From: Candidatus Tenderia sp.
GTDB lineage: Bacteria > Pseudomonadota > Gammaproteobacteria > Tenderiales > Tenderiaceae
Length of the DNA: 64,000 nucleotides
Direction of reading: 5' to 3'
NCBI GenBank assembly: GCA_031416075.1
Contig: JANOSY010000090.1
Coordinates: 8,288-72,287 of the forward strand
Each line of letters begins with the position of its first letter. The stretch's first letter is position 1. The position numbers were made by a program, and so were the translations under genes. Below are positions 10,413 through 19,829 of this stretch, piece by piece. The notes beneath the pieces are model-generated. The model made no database searches. It saw only the letters and a list, made by a program, of their open reading frames with translations, and was not told the origin of the DNA.

Positions 10413-11155
10413 AAACTCTATCTATTCTAATATTTTTTATGTTTTACAGCATGGGTTCTATGGCGTCAGCAGCTGGCATAGATGCGCTTACAATGACCAC
10501 TAATGCCAATGGGAGTGAGACATATACATTGAGTATTCAAGTGTTGTTGCTCATGACAATGATGGCATTTTTACCAGCAGCGCTTTTAATGATGACCTGT
10601 TTTACCCGTATTGTGATTGTGTTGGCTCTGTTGCGACAGGCTATCGGTACGATGTCAACACCGACAAATCAGATAATTATTGGTCTCGGACTTTTTTTGA
10701 CGTTTTTTATTATGGCACCGGTCTTTGATCGGGTGTATGACGAGGCGGCAAAACCCTATATGGATGGGGCAATGGAGGGTGATGTCGCACTTAAAATGGC
10801 ACAGGTTCCCTTTAAGAGATTTATGATGGATCAGGTACGTGATACTGATCTGTCTCTTTTTGTAGATCTTTCCGGTGTGACTATTGATGAAGCTAACCTT
10901 GATTCTATTCCTCTGACAGTTCTTGTTCCTGCCTACGTAACAAGTGAGTTAAAGACAGCTTTCCAGATAGGGTTTATTATTTTTATACCCTTTTTAATTA
11001 TTGATCTGGTCGTTGCCAGCGTACTTATGGCGATGGGCATGATGATGTTATCACCATTAATTGTTTCATTGCCCTTTAAAATCATGCTGTTTGTTTTGGT
11101 GGATGGCTGGGTTCTTGTTATTGGCACATTGGCATCCAGCTTTTACGTTACATAA
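10409..11155 (+). CDS. fliP: Flagellar export protein FliP
   Basis: [16 protein letters not shown]...[11 protein letters not shown]...[13 protein letters not shown]. Confidence 0.97.
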   Translation: MKTLSILIFFMFYSMGSMASAAGIDALTMTTNANGSETYTLSIQVLLLMTMMAFLPAALLMMTCFTRIVIVLALLRQAIGTMSTPTNQIIIGLGLFLTFFIMAPVFDRVYDEAAKPYMDGAMEGDVALKMAQVPFKRFMMDQVRDTDLSLFVDLSGVTIDEANLDSIPLTVLVPAYVTSELKTAFQIGFIIFIPFLIIDLVVASVLMAMGMMMLSPLIVSLPFKIMLFVLVDGWVLVIGTLASSFYVT

Positions 11156-11166
11156 GGAGGAGCGCC

Positions 11167-11436
11167 ATGACCGAAGAGGTGGTATTGGATATTGGCCGAA
11201 ATGCTATCCAGCTTGTTATTGTTCTGGTATCTGTTCTGTTGTTACCGGCATTGGCGGTGGGCTTGTTGGTAAGTGTTTTTCAGGCCGCTACGCAGATTAA
11301 TGAACAGACGCTCAGTTTTATCCCGAAATTACTGGTTACATTTTTTGTCCTGATTATTGCAGGACCCTGGATATTAAATCTCCTGGTGAATTATATGAGG
11401 GCGCTTATTAATGACATTCCCGGGTTGATTGGTTAG
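11167..11436 (+). CDS. fliQ: Flagellar export protein FliQ
   Basis: FQAATQINEQTLSFIPK. Confidence 0.97.
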   Translation: MTEEVVLDIGRNAIQLVIVLVSVLLLPALAVGLLVSVFQAATQINEQTLSFIPKLLVTFFVLIIAGPWILNLLVNYMRALINDIPGLIG

Positions 11437-11451
11437 CGCCGGGTTGTTTCT

Positions 11452-12228
11452 ATGAACATCCAACTTGATGATGTGGTGGCTCAGTTTATCTGGTATCTAC
11501 TTCCTTTTGTGCGGCTGGCTGGTTTTGTCATGGTGGCTCCTATTTTTAGTACTGGTTTTGTGCCAAGGAGGGTTCGGGTTGGACTGAGTGTGATGCTGGC
11601 CTTGATTGTTATGCCCAATCTTACCCCTGATATGAGTTTTGACCCCGTCTCATTAGATGGGGTGATCATGTTGATACAGCAGATGATTATTGGAATTGCA
11701 CTTGGGTTTGTGATGCAGATTATCTTTGCCGCTATCGTTAACGCGGGGCAACTGGTAGGTATGCAGATGGGGCTTGGGTTTGCTCAAATGATGGACCCTA
11801 CCAGTGGTGTGACGGTGCCGGTAATTGGCCAGTTTTATAATCTTATGGGTGTGTTGCTGTTTTTGGCGATGAATGGCCATTTGGTATTAATTCAGGTGCT
11901 GGTTGACAGCTTTTCTATTCTTCCTGTTGCGGCGGGTGGGCTGCCCAGTTCGTCGTTAATCAATATTGCCTATTTTGGATCGTGGATATTTTCGGGGGCG
12001 GTGATGATTGCGCTGCCAGCCATTATTTCATTATTGATGATTAGCGTGGTGATGGGTGTAGTGACAAAATCGACGCCGCAGATGAATATTTTTGCTGTTG
12101 GTTTTGCAATTACAATTATCGCCGGATTTATCATCATTTTGGTAACACTCTCTACTGCCTTTCCACAGATGGCCAGACTCTTTGGTGAAGGGTTTACATT
12201 TATGCGCGAGATGTTGATTCATGGCTGA
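11452..12228 (+). CDS. fliR: Flagellar export protein FliR
   Basis: AGQLVGMQMGLGFA..DP, LFLAMNGHL, PQMNIFAVGF. Confidence 0.96.
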   Translation: MNIQLDDVVAQFIWYLLPFVRLAGFVMVAPIFSTGFVPRRVRVGLSVMLALIVMPNLTPDMSFDPVSLDGVIMLIQQMIIGIALGFVMQIIFAAIVNAGQLVGMQMGLGFAQMMDPTSGVTVPVIGQFYNLMGVLLFLAMNGHLVLIQVLVDSFSILPVAAGGLPSSSLINIAYFGSWIFSGAVMIALPAIISLLMISVVMGVVTKSTPQMNIFAVGFAITIIAGFIIILVTLSTAFPQMARLFGEGFTFMREMLIHG

Positions 12229-13399
12229 GTCGGATGGTGGCGAGCGTTCCGAGGAGCCCACGGAGAAAAAGTTACGCGAAGCGCGTGAAAAAGGGCAGGT
12301 AGCCCGTTCGCGGGAGTTGACGACGTTTGTGATGTTATTGGGCAGTTCGATTGGATTGTTGCTGTTTGGCAATATGATTGTTGAGTCCATGATGTCTGTG
12401 ATGCGTAATAGTTTTACTACGCCGCGTGATCAGTTGTTTGATCCTGTTCATATGACACTTGCTTTTCGGGAGGCTGTTTCAACCTCACTATTAATGCTCT
12501 CTCCTTTTCTGGTGCTGATGGCTATTTCGGCAGTGGTTGGCTCTATTGCGGTTAGTGGCTGGAATTTTTCCATTCAGGCAGTATCCCCCAAATTTTCAAA
12601 ACTCAACCCTTTGAGTGGCATGAAACGGATTTTTGGGTCACAGGGGCTGATGGAGCTGACTAAGGCATTGGCCAAGTTTTTTGTAATATCAGGTGCGGGC
12701 ATTTTTGTGCTTTACAATACTATTGACCAGGTGATGGGGTTGGGTAGTGAGCCTGTTACGCAGGCCATCGCTCATGCAGGGTCACTATTGGTCTGGACCT
12801 TTCTAGCGGTGAGCACGAGTACGTTGTTGATTGCGGCGATTGATGTTCCGTTTCAGATGTGGAACCACAAGCGTCAACTGAAGATGACGAAGCAGGAGGT
12901 GAAACAGGAGAACAAGGATGTTCATGGTAGTCCTGAACTGAAGGGGCATATTAGACGTACTCAGATGGAGATGTCTATGAAACGTATGATGGAAGCTGTG
13001 CCCAACGCTGACGTGATTATTACCAATCCAACCCATTTTTCTATTGCGGTGAAGTATGACCCCGACAATATGCGTGCGCCTGTTGTGGTTGCCAAGGGTG
13101 CAGATTATGTTGCCTTTGAGATCCGGCGTATCGCTAAAGACAATAATGTCCCTATTTTATCTGCACCACCCCTGGCCCGTGCCATTTACCATACCACTGA
13201 AATTGATGATGAAATCCCAGAAGGCCTATATCTTGCAGTAGCTAGGGTGTTGGCCTACATTTTCCATCTTAGACGTACGGCATCGAGTGTTAATCCAGAT
13301 GATTTGAAGATGGTGGATATTACGATCCCTGAGGATATGCAGTATGACGTTGATGGCAAATCAAATAAGAATCAGCAGGCCGATTCTGGGGATAATTAG
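12221..13399 (+). CDS. flhB: Flagellar export protein FlhB
   Basis: EEPTEKKL..AREKGQVARSREL; NPTH autocleavage motif. Confidence 0.97.
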   Translation: MAESDGGERSEEPTEKKLREAREKGQVARSRELTTFVMLLGSSIGLLLFGNMIVESMMSVMRNSFTTPRDQLFDPVHMTLAFREAVSTSLLMLSPFLVLMAISAVVGSIAVSGWNFSIQAVSPKFSKLNPLSGMKRIFGSQGLMELTKALAKFFVISGAGIFVLYNTIDQVMGLGSEPVTQAIAHAGSLLVWTFLAVSTSTLLIAAIDVPFQMWNHKRQLKMTKQEVKQENKDVHGSPELKGHIRRTQMEMSMKRMMEAVPNADVIITNPTHFSIAVKYDPDNMRAPVVVAKGADYVAFEIRRIAKDNNVPILSAPPLARAIYHTTEIDDEIPEGLYLAVARVLAYIFHLRRTASSVNPDDLKMVDITIPEDMQYDVDGKSNKNQQADSGDN

Positions 13400-13495
13400 C
13401 GATTTTATGCGGCATGTCCACGTTCCTGTTTTTTTTCTGCTGTTTGCATGGCCATTGTTTGAGACGTTGATTGCAGTCTCTGCTGTCTGGTTTAT

Positions 13496-13513
13496 GCGTC
13501 TGTTTGATGACGC
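13496..13513. promoter_or_regulatory. Palindrome upstream of flhA, possible FleQ/FlrA-type activator site
   Basis: GCGTC-N8-GACGC, downstream of a degenerate sigma54-like TGAGAC-N5-TTGCA (13460-13475) that lacks the invariant GG. Confidence 0.35.
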
Positions 13514-13544
13514 GGGCTTAACCGGTTTTAAAAGGGCTTAGGTT

Positions 13545-15650
13545 ATGGAAGGTGTCAAAATATTGCCGTCTCTATCACGGGTGATGCTGTCTGGTTTGGG
13601 CATCCCTACCGTTGTATTAATGTTGTTGGCAATGTTGATTTTGCCGTTGCCGCCCTTGGTCCTTGATGTTTTTTTCTCCTTTAGTATTGCGCTCTCCATG
13701 ATTATTTTATTGGCGGCGGTGTATACCCAGCGGCCATTGCAGTTTGGTGCTTTTCCAACATTGATACTGTTGGCGACGTTGTTGCGGTTGGGATTGAATA
13801 TTGCCTCCACCCGTGTGATTTTGCTGGAGGGACACAACGGTACGGATGCTGCTGGCCATGTGATTGAGGCGTTTGGTGAGTTTGTGATTGGAGGTAACTA
13901 CGCAGTTGGTTTGGTGGTTTTTTCCATCCTTGTTATTATCAATTTTGTTGTGGTGACAAAAGGGGCGGGTAGAGTATCTGAAGTTGCGGCCCGTTTTACC
14001 TTGGATGCAATGCCAGGCAAACAGATGGCGATCGATGCTGATTTGAATGCAGGTCTGATTGGTCAGGAGCAGGCCCAGATACGTCGTATGGAGGTGATTC
14101 AGGAGGCCGATTTTTACGGTTCTATGGATGGTGCCAGTAAATTTGTACGTGGTGATGCGGTAGCAGGGATTCTTATCTTGTTTATCAATTTGATCGGTGG
14201 TTTGATTATTGGTCTGGTTCAGCACGATATGCCGTTTGCTGAAGCGGTCAGAAACTACACGATGCTGACCATTGGTGATGGTTTGGTGGCACAGATTCCC
14301 GCGCTGTTACTTTCAACCGCAACAGCCATTATTGTGACACGTGCCTCTAGTGAGCAGGATATGGGTGGCCAGATTATGAGCCAGCTTTTTAGTGATCCTC
14401 GTGTTTTAACAGTCACGGCGGCTATTCTTGGGCTGATGGGAATTATTCCGGGTATGCCTAATGTGGCGTTTCTCTCATTTGCGGCGTTGATTGGTGGTGC
14501 CGCCTGGCTGCTTTCTAAAAAGAAAGCCCAAGAGGTAAAAGAGAGAGAGGTGCTGCCGCAGACCAAAATGGAGCCTGCTGCAGAGAGCCGTGATCTGAGT
14601 TGGGACGATGTGCTGCCGGTTGACATCTTGGGACTGGAGGTGGGTTATCGATTAATCCCGATGGTGGATAAGAGCCAAGGTGGCCAATTGATGGCTCGAA
14701 TTAAAGGGGTACGTAAAAAGCTTACCCATGAACTTGGTTTTTTGATTCCATCGGTACACATTCGTGACAATCTGGAGCTGACACCCAATGCTTACCGCAT
14801 CTCTCTGCTGGGCACTGTGATTGGTGAGGCGGAGATATACCCTGATCGTGAACTGGCCATTAATCCTGGTCAGGTTTATGGCGAGTTGCCGGGGATTGCC
14901 GGAAAAGATCCGGCATTTGGCCTGGAGGCGGTCTGGATCGATGCGAGTCAGCGTGATCAGGCGCAGACCCTCGGGTATACGGTGGTTGATCCTAGTACGG
15001 TTGTGGCGACCCATCTTAGCCATATCATCACCGGGCACTCTTCAGAGCTGCTGGGGCGCGAAGAGGTACAACAACTATTGGATAGTTTGCGCAAAGCAGC
15101 ACCAAAACTGATCGAAGGGTTTGTGCCGGAGCTGCTCTCTCTGGGTGTTGTGGTGAAAGTATTGCAAAACCTGCTGGAAGATCATATCCCGATCCGTGAT
15201 ATGCGCCGTATCGTCGAAACGTTGGCGGACGAAGGGAGCAGGAGTCAAGACCCCGCTGCTTTAACTGCCTTGGTCCGTGTCGCCTTGGGACGGTCTATTG
15301 TCCAGAAAATCAATGGGATGGTAACCGAATTATCTGTTATCACCCTGGATCCATCATTGGAACAGATGTTGCAAGACTCTGTACGTAACGCAAGTAGTGG
15401 TGCGTTGGGATTGGAGCCGGGGCTGGCGGAAAAGATGTTTACAGCCTTGGGCGAAGCCGCCCAGCGTCAAGAGATGAAAGGTCAGCCAGCAGTGTTATTA
15501 GTGTCAGCGATTATCAGACCCATTCTGGCACGGTTGATACGAGGGTCAATAGCGTCATTAAAAGTGCTCTCGTATAACGAGATCCCTGATGACAAGCAGA
15601 TCAAGATTGTTGCAACAGTGGGTGGGCAGGCCTCTCTTGGGGGGCGCTAA
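13545..15650 (+). CDS. flhA: Flagellar export gate protein FlhA
   Basis: RVSEVAARFTLDAMPGKQMAIDADLNAG, FYGSMDGASKFVRGDA. Confidence 0.98.
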   Translation: MEGVKILPSLSRVMLSGLGIPTVVLMLLAMLILPLPPLVLDVFFSFSIALSMIILLAAVYTQRPLQFGAFPTLILLATLLRLGLNIASTRVILLEGHNGTDAAGHVIEAFGEFVIGGNYAVGLVVFSILVIINFVVVTKGAGRVSEVAARFTLDAMPGKQMAIDADLNAGLIGQEQAQIRRMEVIQEADFYGSMDGASKFVRGDAVAGILILFINLIGGLIIGLVQHDMPFAEAVRNYTMLTIGDGLVAQIPALLLSTATAIIVTRASSEQDMGGQIMSQLFSDPRVLTVTAAILGLMGIIPGMPNVAFLSFAALIGGAAWLLSKKKAQEVKEREVLPQTKMEPAAESRDLSWDDVLPVDILGLEVGYRLIPMVDKSQGGQLMARIKGVRKKLTHELGFLIPSVHIRDNLELTPNAYRISLLGTVIGEAEIYPDRELAINPGQVYGELPGIAGKDPAFGLEAVWIDASQRDQAQTLGYTVVDPSTVVATHLSHIITGHSSELLGREEVQQLLDSLRKAAPKLIEGFVPELLSLGVVVKVLQNLLEDHIPIRDMRRIVETLADEGSRSQDPAALTALVRVALGRSIVQKINGMVTELSVITLDPSLEQMLQDSVRNASSGALGLEPGLAEKMFTALGEAAQRQEMKGQPAVLLVSAIIRPILARLIRGSIASLKVLSYNEIPDDKQIKIVATVGGQASLGGR

Positions 15651-15692
15651 TATCAAGGCCTCAAACCTGTTTGAAAAAAGAGGTTGGAAATA

Positions 15693-16895
15693 ATGAAAAT
15701 AAAGCGTTTTTTTGCTTCGGATGTACGTCAGGCCATGCGTATGGTCAAGGATGAGCTTGGTGAAGACGCTGTTATTTTATCTAACCGACGTGTGAACGGT
15801 GGTGTTGAGATTGTCTCAGCAATCGATTACGACGAGAGTATGTTGGCCGAATCAGAAGCAGCCTCACCCAACGTTGCTTCTGGCAAGGGGCAACAGAGTA
15901 TCCACAAAGAGCATATGACATTGCAGGATAATTATCAGCAGAACAGACCCCAGGTTGTCTGGAGCCAGGAACCAGCGCTGGTTGAGATGCGCAGTGAGCT
16001 TCAAAACATGCGCGGCTTATTGGAGAGCCAGTTGGCAAGCCTGACGCATAAAGAGCGGCAAAGTGACCACCCTTATCATTACGAGCTGCAGCGCCGGCTG
16101 GTGCGCCTTGGGTTGGGTACCACGTTGGTTGCAAGGTTGTTGAAAGAGCTCCCTAACGATGGACAGGTGGAGGAGTCATGGCGTCGTTTGTTGGGCAAAG
16201 TGGCTGTTAATGTTTCTGTGACTGATGATGACATTTTGACTCAAGGTGGCATTGTGGCTCTGGTGGGTGCAACGGGTGTTGGTAAGACTACAACTGTTGC
16301 CAAACTGGCTGCGCGTTACTCCATGCGTCACGGCAGCCGTAGTGTGGCGCTGATCTCAACAGATAACTTCCGTATTGGTGCCCATGAACAACTTAAAGCC
16401 TACTCAAGAATATTGGATGTGCCGATACGTTTTGCCGATTCAGCGGAGTCCCTGCAGGCCGCGCTCGATTGTTTCTGTGACAAGCGCTTAGTATTGATTG
16501 ATACAGCGGGTATGAGCCAGCGAGACCTGCGTTTAAGTAAGCAGTTTGCGGTACTTAAAGGGGAGCGTGAGCGGGTTAAGCCCTATCTGGTGGTCTCTGC
16601 TACATCGCGTCTATCCGGTCTGGAGGAGGTGGTGAGAGGATTCTCTGACATCAAACCACACGGCTGCATCATTACAAAAATGGACGAGAGCGTGAGCCTT
16701 GGCCATGTTCTTAACATGGTGATACAGCATAAGTTACCGGTCTCCTATGTGAGTGATGGGCAGCGTGTGCCAGAAGACCTGCAGCCGGCACGGGCACATA
16801 CACTCGTCAGTCGAAGTGTAGCGTTGATGCAGGAAAATACAGAGCTGCTGGATGAAGAGCTGCCTGGAGTATGGCTTGGGGAGGTTGGAGTTTGA
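15693..16895 (+). CDS. flhF: SRP-type GTPase FlhF
   Basis: MKIKRFFA N-terminus, GATGVGKTTT, DTAG, TKMDE, GQRVPEDL. Confidence 0.95.
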   Translation: MKIKRFFASDVRQAMRMVKDELGEDAVILSNRRVNGGVEIVSAIDYDESMLAESEAASPNVASGKGQQSIHKEHMTLQDNYQQNRPQVVWSQEPALVEMRSELQNMRGLLESQLASLTHKERQSDHPYHYELQRRLVRLGLGTTLVARLLKELPNDGQVEESWRRLLGKVAVNVSVTDDDILTQGGIVALVGATGVGKTTTVAKLAARYSMRHGSRSVALISTDNFRIGAHEQLKAYSRILDVPIRFADSAESLQAALDCFCDKRLVLIDTAGMSQRDLRLSKQFAVLKGERERVKPYLVVSATSRLSGLEEVVRGFSDIKPHGCIITKMDESVSLGHVLNMVIQHKLPVSYVSDGQRVPEDLQPARAHTLVSRSVALMQENTELLDEELPGVWLGEVGV

Positions 16896-17761
16896 TGCAA
16901 ATGCCTGGCTCATTGACAGATCAAGCGGCGGGATTACGGCGTATAAATAGTCGCCGCCCAGTACAGGTTATTGCAGTCACCAGCGGCAAGGGTGGTGCAG
17001 GTAAGACCAATGTGGCGGTGAATATGGCTGTGGCCATGGCGGGAGATGGGAAGAAGGTAATGGTGATGGATGCCGATCTTGGTTTGGCAAATGTCGATAT
17101 TATGTTCGGATTACACCCCAAGTTTAATCTTTCTCATGTTATTAGTGGCGAGCGCACGCTTGAGGAGATTATTGTTACGGGCCCTGCGGGTGTACAGATT
17201 GTTCCAGCCTCGTCTGGAACACAGAATATGGCTGAATTAACACCCATGCAACATGCGGGCGTAATTCAGGCATTCAGCGAGATTGGCCAGGATCTGGATG
17301 TGCTGATTATTGATACTGCCGCAGGTATTAATGATTCGGTCGTGAGCTTTATCCGCGCTGCTCAAGAGGTTATTGTGGTGGTCTGTGATGAACCCGCCTC
17401 AATCACTGATGCTTATGCGGTGATCAAGCTTTTGAACCGTGATTACGGTATACCAAGATTTAGGGTAGTATCAAACATGGCTCAGAGTATGCAAGAAGGA
17501 CGTGAACTATTTAATAAGATGGTCAGGGTGACAGACAAATATCTGGATGTGATCCTGGATTTTATGGGAACGGTGCCATACGACGAATACTTGAAAAAGG
17601 CTCTGCAAAAACAGAAAGCAGTGGTAGAAGCATACCCCAGAAGTAAATCTGCCATGGCATTCAAGAGTTTGGCGAAAAGAGCCGATAACTGGCCAATACC
17701 AAAAAATGCGGGAGGGCATCTGGAGTTTTTCGTCGAGCGGCTTATTCAAAATACACAATAA
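16895..17761 (+). CDS. flhG: MinD-like flagellar number regulator FlhG/FleN
   Basis: DQAAGLR, SGKGGAGKT, DADLGLANVD; TGATG overlap with flhF. Confidence 0.94.
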   Translation: MQMPGSLTDQAAGLRRINSRRPVQVIAVTSGKGGAGKTNVAVNMAVAMAGDGKKVMVMDADLGLANVDIMFGLHPKFNLSHVISGERTLEEIIVTGPAGVQIVPASSGTQNMAELTPMQHAGVIQAFSEIGQDLDVLIIDTAAGINDSVVSFIRAAQEVIVVVCDEPASITDAYAVIKLLNRDYGIPRFRVVSNMAQSMQEGRELFNKMVRVTDKYLDVILDFMGTVPYDEYLKKALQKQKAVVEAYPRSKSAMAFKSLAKRADNWPIPKNAGGHLEFFVERLIQNTQ

Positions 17762-17779
17762 TGACTAGAGGCAACCGCC

Positions 17780-18529
17780 ATGAATGGACTCGCGATGTAT
17801 AGCAACATTATGCAGCCAAAGAAAAAAAACAGTAAAGATGAAGTGGTCGTTCAACATGCGCCACTGGTAAAACGTATCGCATACCATCTTATGTGTCGTC
17901 TACCGCCTAGCGTACAGGCGGATGATCTGATTCAGGCCGGTATGATTGGTCTGTTAGAGGCGGCTCGAAACTATGACTCTACCCAAGGGGCCAGTTTTGA
18001 GACCTATGCAGGCATTCGAATTCGTGGATCAATGCTTGATGAGATACGTAAAAATGACTGGGCACCACGCTCGGTGCATCGTAAGGCCAGAAAAGTGGCC
18101 GAAGCAGTACGACAGATAGAAAGCTTGAAGGGACGTGATGCCCGTGATAACGAAGTTGCCGAGGCGCTGGAAATGTCGCTGGATGAGTATCACACAACAC
18201 TACAGGCAGCCAGTGGTTATCTGATGTTGAGTTTTGACGATCTGGGTGCAGATGATGAAGCCGTTGCCACTTATCTGTCAGAGCCCGCGACAACCCCTTT
18301 TGATGGATTACAGAAAGATGATTTTAAACGTTCGTTAGCCGAAGCAATTGCAGGGCTTCCCGAACGCGAACGGTTAGTGATGACACTCTATTATGATGAA
18401 GAGTTAAACCTTCGGGAGATAGGGGCAGTTCTAGGCGTGAGTGAATCCCGTGTTAGCCAGATACATAGTCAGGCGTTGATTCGACTTCAAGCACGCCTTG
18501 GACAATGGACAAATGAAATTAAAAACTAA
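17780..18529 (+). CDS. fliA: Flagellar sigma factor sigma28 FliA
   Basis: DDLIQAGMIGLLEA, FETYAGIRIRGSMLDE, LNLREIGAVLGVSESRVSQIH. Confidence 0.97.
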   Translation: MNGLAMYSNIMQPKKKNSKDEVVVQHAPLVKRIAYHLMCRLPPSVQADDLIQAGMIGLLEAARNYDSTQGASFETYAGIRIRGSMLDEIRKNDWAPRSVHRKARKVAEAVRQIESLKGRDARDNEVAEALEMSLDEYHTTLQAASGYLMLSFDDLGADDEAVATYLSEPATTPFDGLQKDDFKRSLAEAIAGLPERERLVMTLYYDEELNLREIGAVLGVSESRVSQIHSQALIRLQARLGQWTNEIKN

Positions 18530-18545
18530 ATTGTCCAAGTTTACC

Positions 18546-18572
18546 TAAACTATTCCTTGTATGTGCAGATAA
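18546..18572 (+). promoter_or_regulatory. sigma28 promoter upstream of cheY
   Basis: TAAA-N15-GCAGATAA (consensus TAAA-N15-GCCGATAA). Confidence 0.65.
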
Positions 18573-18657
18573 GAGTAGTGAGTGAGATTCTGATAGCGAC
18601 AAAGTTATATGGTTTTATTTTTATTAAGGTTTCTAGGCTAAATGGAGGTTTCTAGTT

Positions 18658-19053
18658 TTGGATAAGAATATGAAAATCCTCGTTGTGGATGATTTTTCTA
18701 CTATGCGCCGGATTATCAAAAATCTATTAAGGGACCTTGGGTTTAACAATACCCAGGAAGCCGATGATGGACTGACGGCTTTGCCAAAACTGCAAGCCGG
18801 AGATTTTGATTTTTTGGTAACCGATTGGAATATGCCTGGGATGCAGGGAATTGACCTGCTCAAGGCGGTTCGAGCAGATGCAAAATTATCAACACTTCCT
18901 GTGTTGATGGTGACAGCTGAGGCTAAAAAAGAACAAATTGTTGAGGCTGCTCAGGCTGGTGTTAATGGTTATATCGTTAAGCCATTTACCGCCGCCACAT
19001 TGAAGGAGAAAATCGATAAGATTTTTGAACGCATAGAAGCCAATAAAGGCTGA
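18658..19053 (+). CDS. cheY: Chemotaxis response regulator CheY
   Basis: [35 protein letters not shown]; TTG start after GGAGG. Confidence 0.97.
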   Translation: MDKNMKILVVDDFSTMRRIIKNLLRDLGFNNTQEADDGLTALPKLQAGDFDFLVTDWNMPGMQGIDLLKAVRADAKLSTLPVLMVTAEAKKEQIVEAAQAGVNGYIVKPFTAATLKEKIDKIFERIEANKG

Positions 19054-19071
19054 TGAGCAGAAGGAATTACA

Positions 19072-19818
19072 ATGACTAATATGAAAATTTGTGATGCGGC
19101 TAGTCTTGAGTCTGCTAAAAGGTTGGTTGAGTTCATTGAGTGCGGAGATGAGCGTGCTGCGTTTGATGTGTTGGAAGAGCTTTCGGCAGTTCGTGAGAGT
19201 TCACTCTTTCAGGATCTTGGTAAATTGACACGAGATTTACACAATACAATTAATGGCTTTCAGCTCGATTCAAAAATATCGTCAATGACTGAGAATGATA
19301 TACCTGATGCCAAGGAACGTCTCAATTATGTAATAAGTATGACAGAAAATGCGGCCAATACAACATTGAGCGCTATTGAAACATCGATGCCTATTTCCGA
19401 AGAGCTACAGACACGTGTTGAAAAACTTTATAGTAGCTGGGGTCGTTTTAGACAGCGCGATATGGCTGCGGATGAATTTAGATCACTTAATCATGAAATA
19501 GACGAGTTCTTCCAGTGGTTAACAGAAAATGTTCCAAGTCTTCACTCCAATCTCTCAGACATTATGATGGCCCAGGGGTTTCAGGATTTAACCGGACAAA
19601 TAATCCGTCGTGTTATTGCGTTAGTACAAGAGGTTGAAGAAAGTTTAGTAGGACTGATTCGAATAACAGGACAGAAGATGAATACCGTGCAGCAGGTAGA
19701 AGAGAAAAAAACTCCGAATATCACTCCTACAGGACCTGTTGTCCCTGGTGTAGATAAAGGTGATGTGGTAAGTGGGCAGGATGATGTTGACGACTTGCTT
19801 TCGAGTTTGGGTTTTTGA
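19072..19818 (+). CDS. cheZ: Chemotaxis phosphatase CheZ
   Basis: AQGFQDLTGQ catalytic motif, C-terminal QDDVDDLLSSLGF. Confidence 0.96.
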   Translation: MTNMKICDAASLESAKRLVEFIECGDERAAFDVLEELSAVRESSLFQDLGKLTRDLHNTINGFQLDSKISSMTENDIPDAKERLNYVISMTENAANTTLSAIETSMPISEELQTRVEKLYSSWGRFRQRDMAADEFRSLNHEIDEFFQWLTENVPSLHSNLSDIMMAQGFQDLTGQIIRRVIALVQEVEESLVGLIRITGQKMNTVQQVEEKKTPNITPTGPVVPGVDKGDVVSGQDDVDDLLSSLGF

Positions 19819-19829
19819 GGCTGACTTAG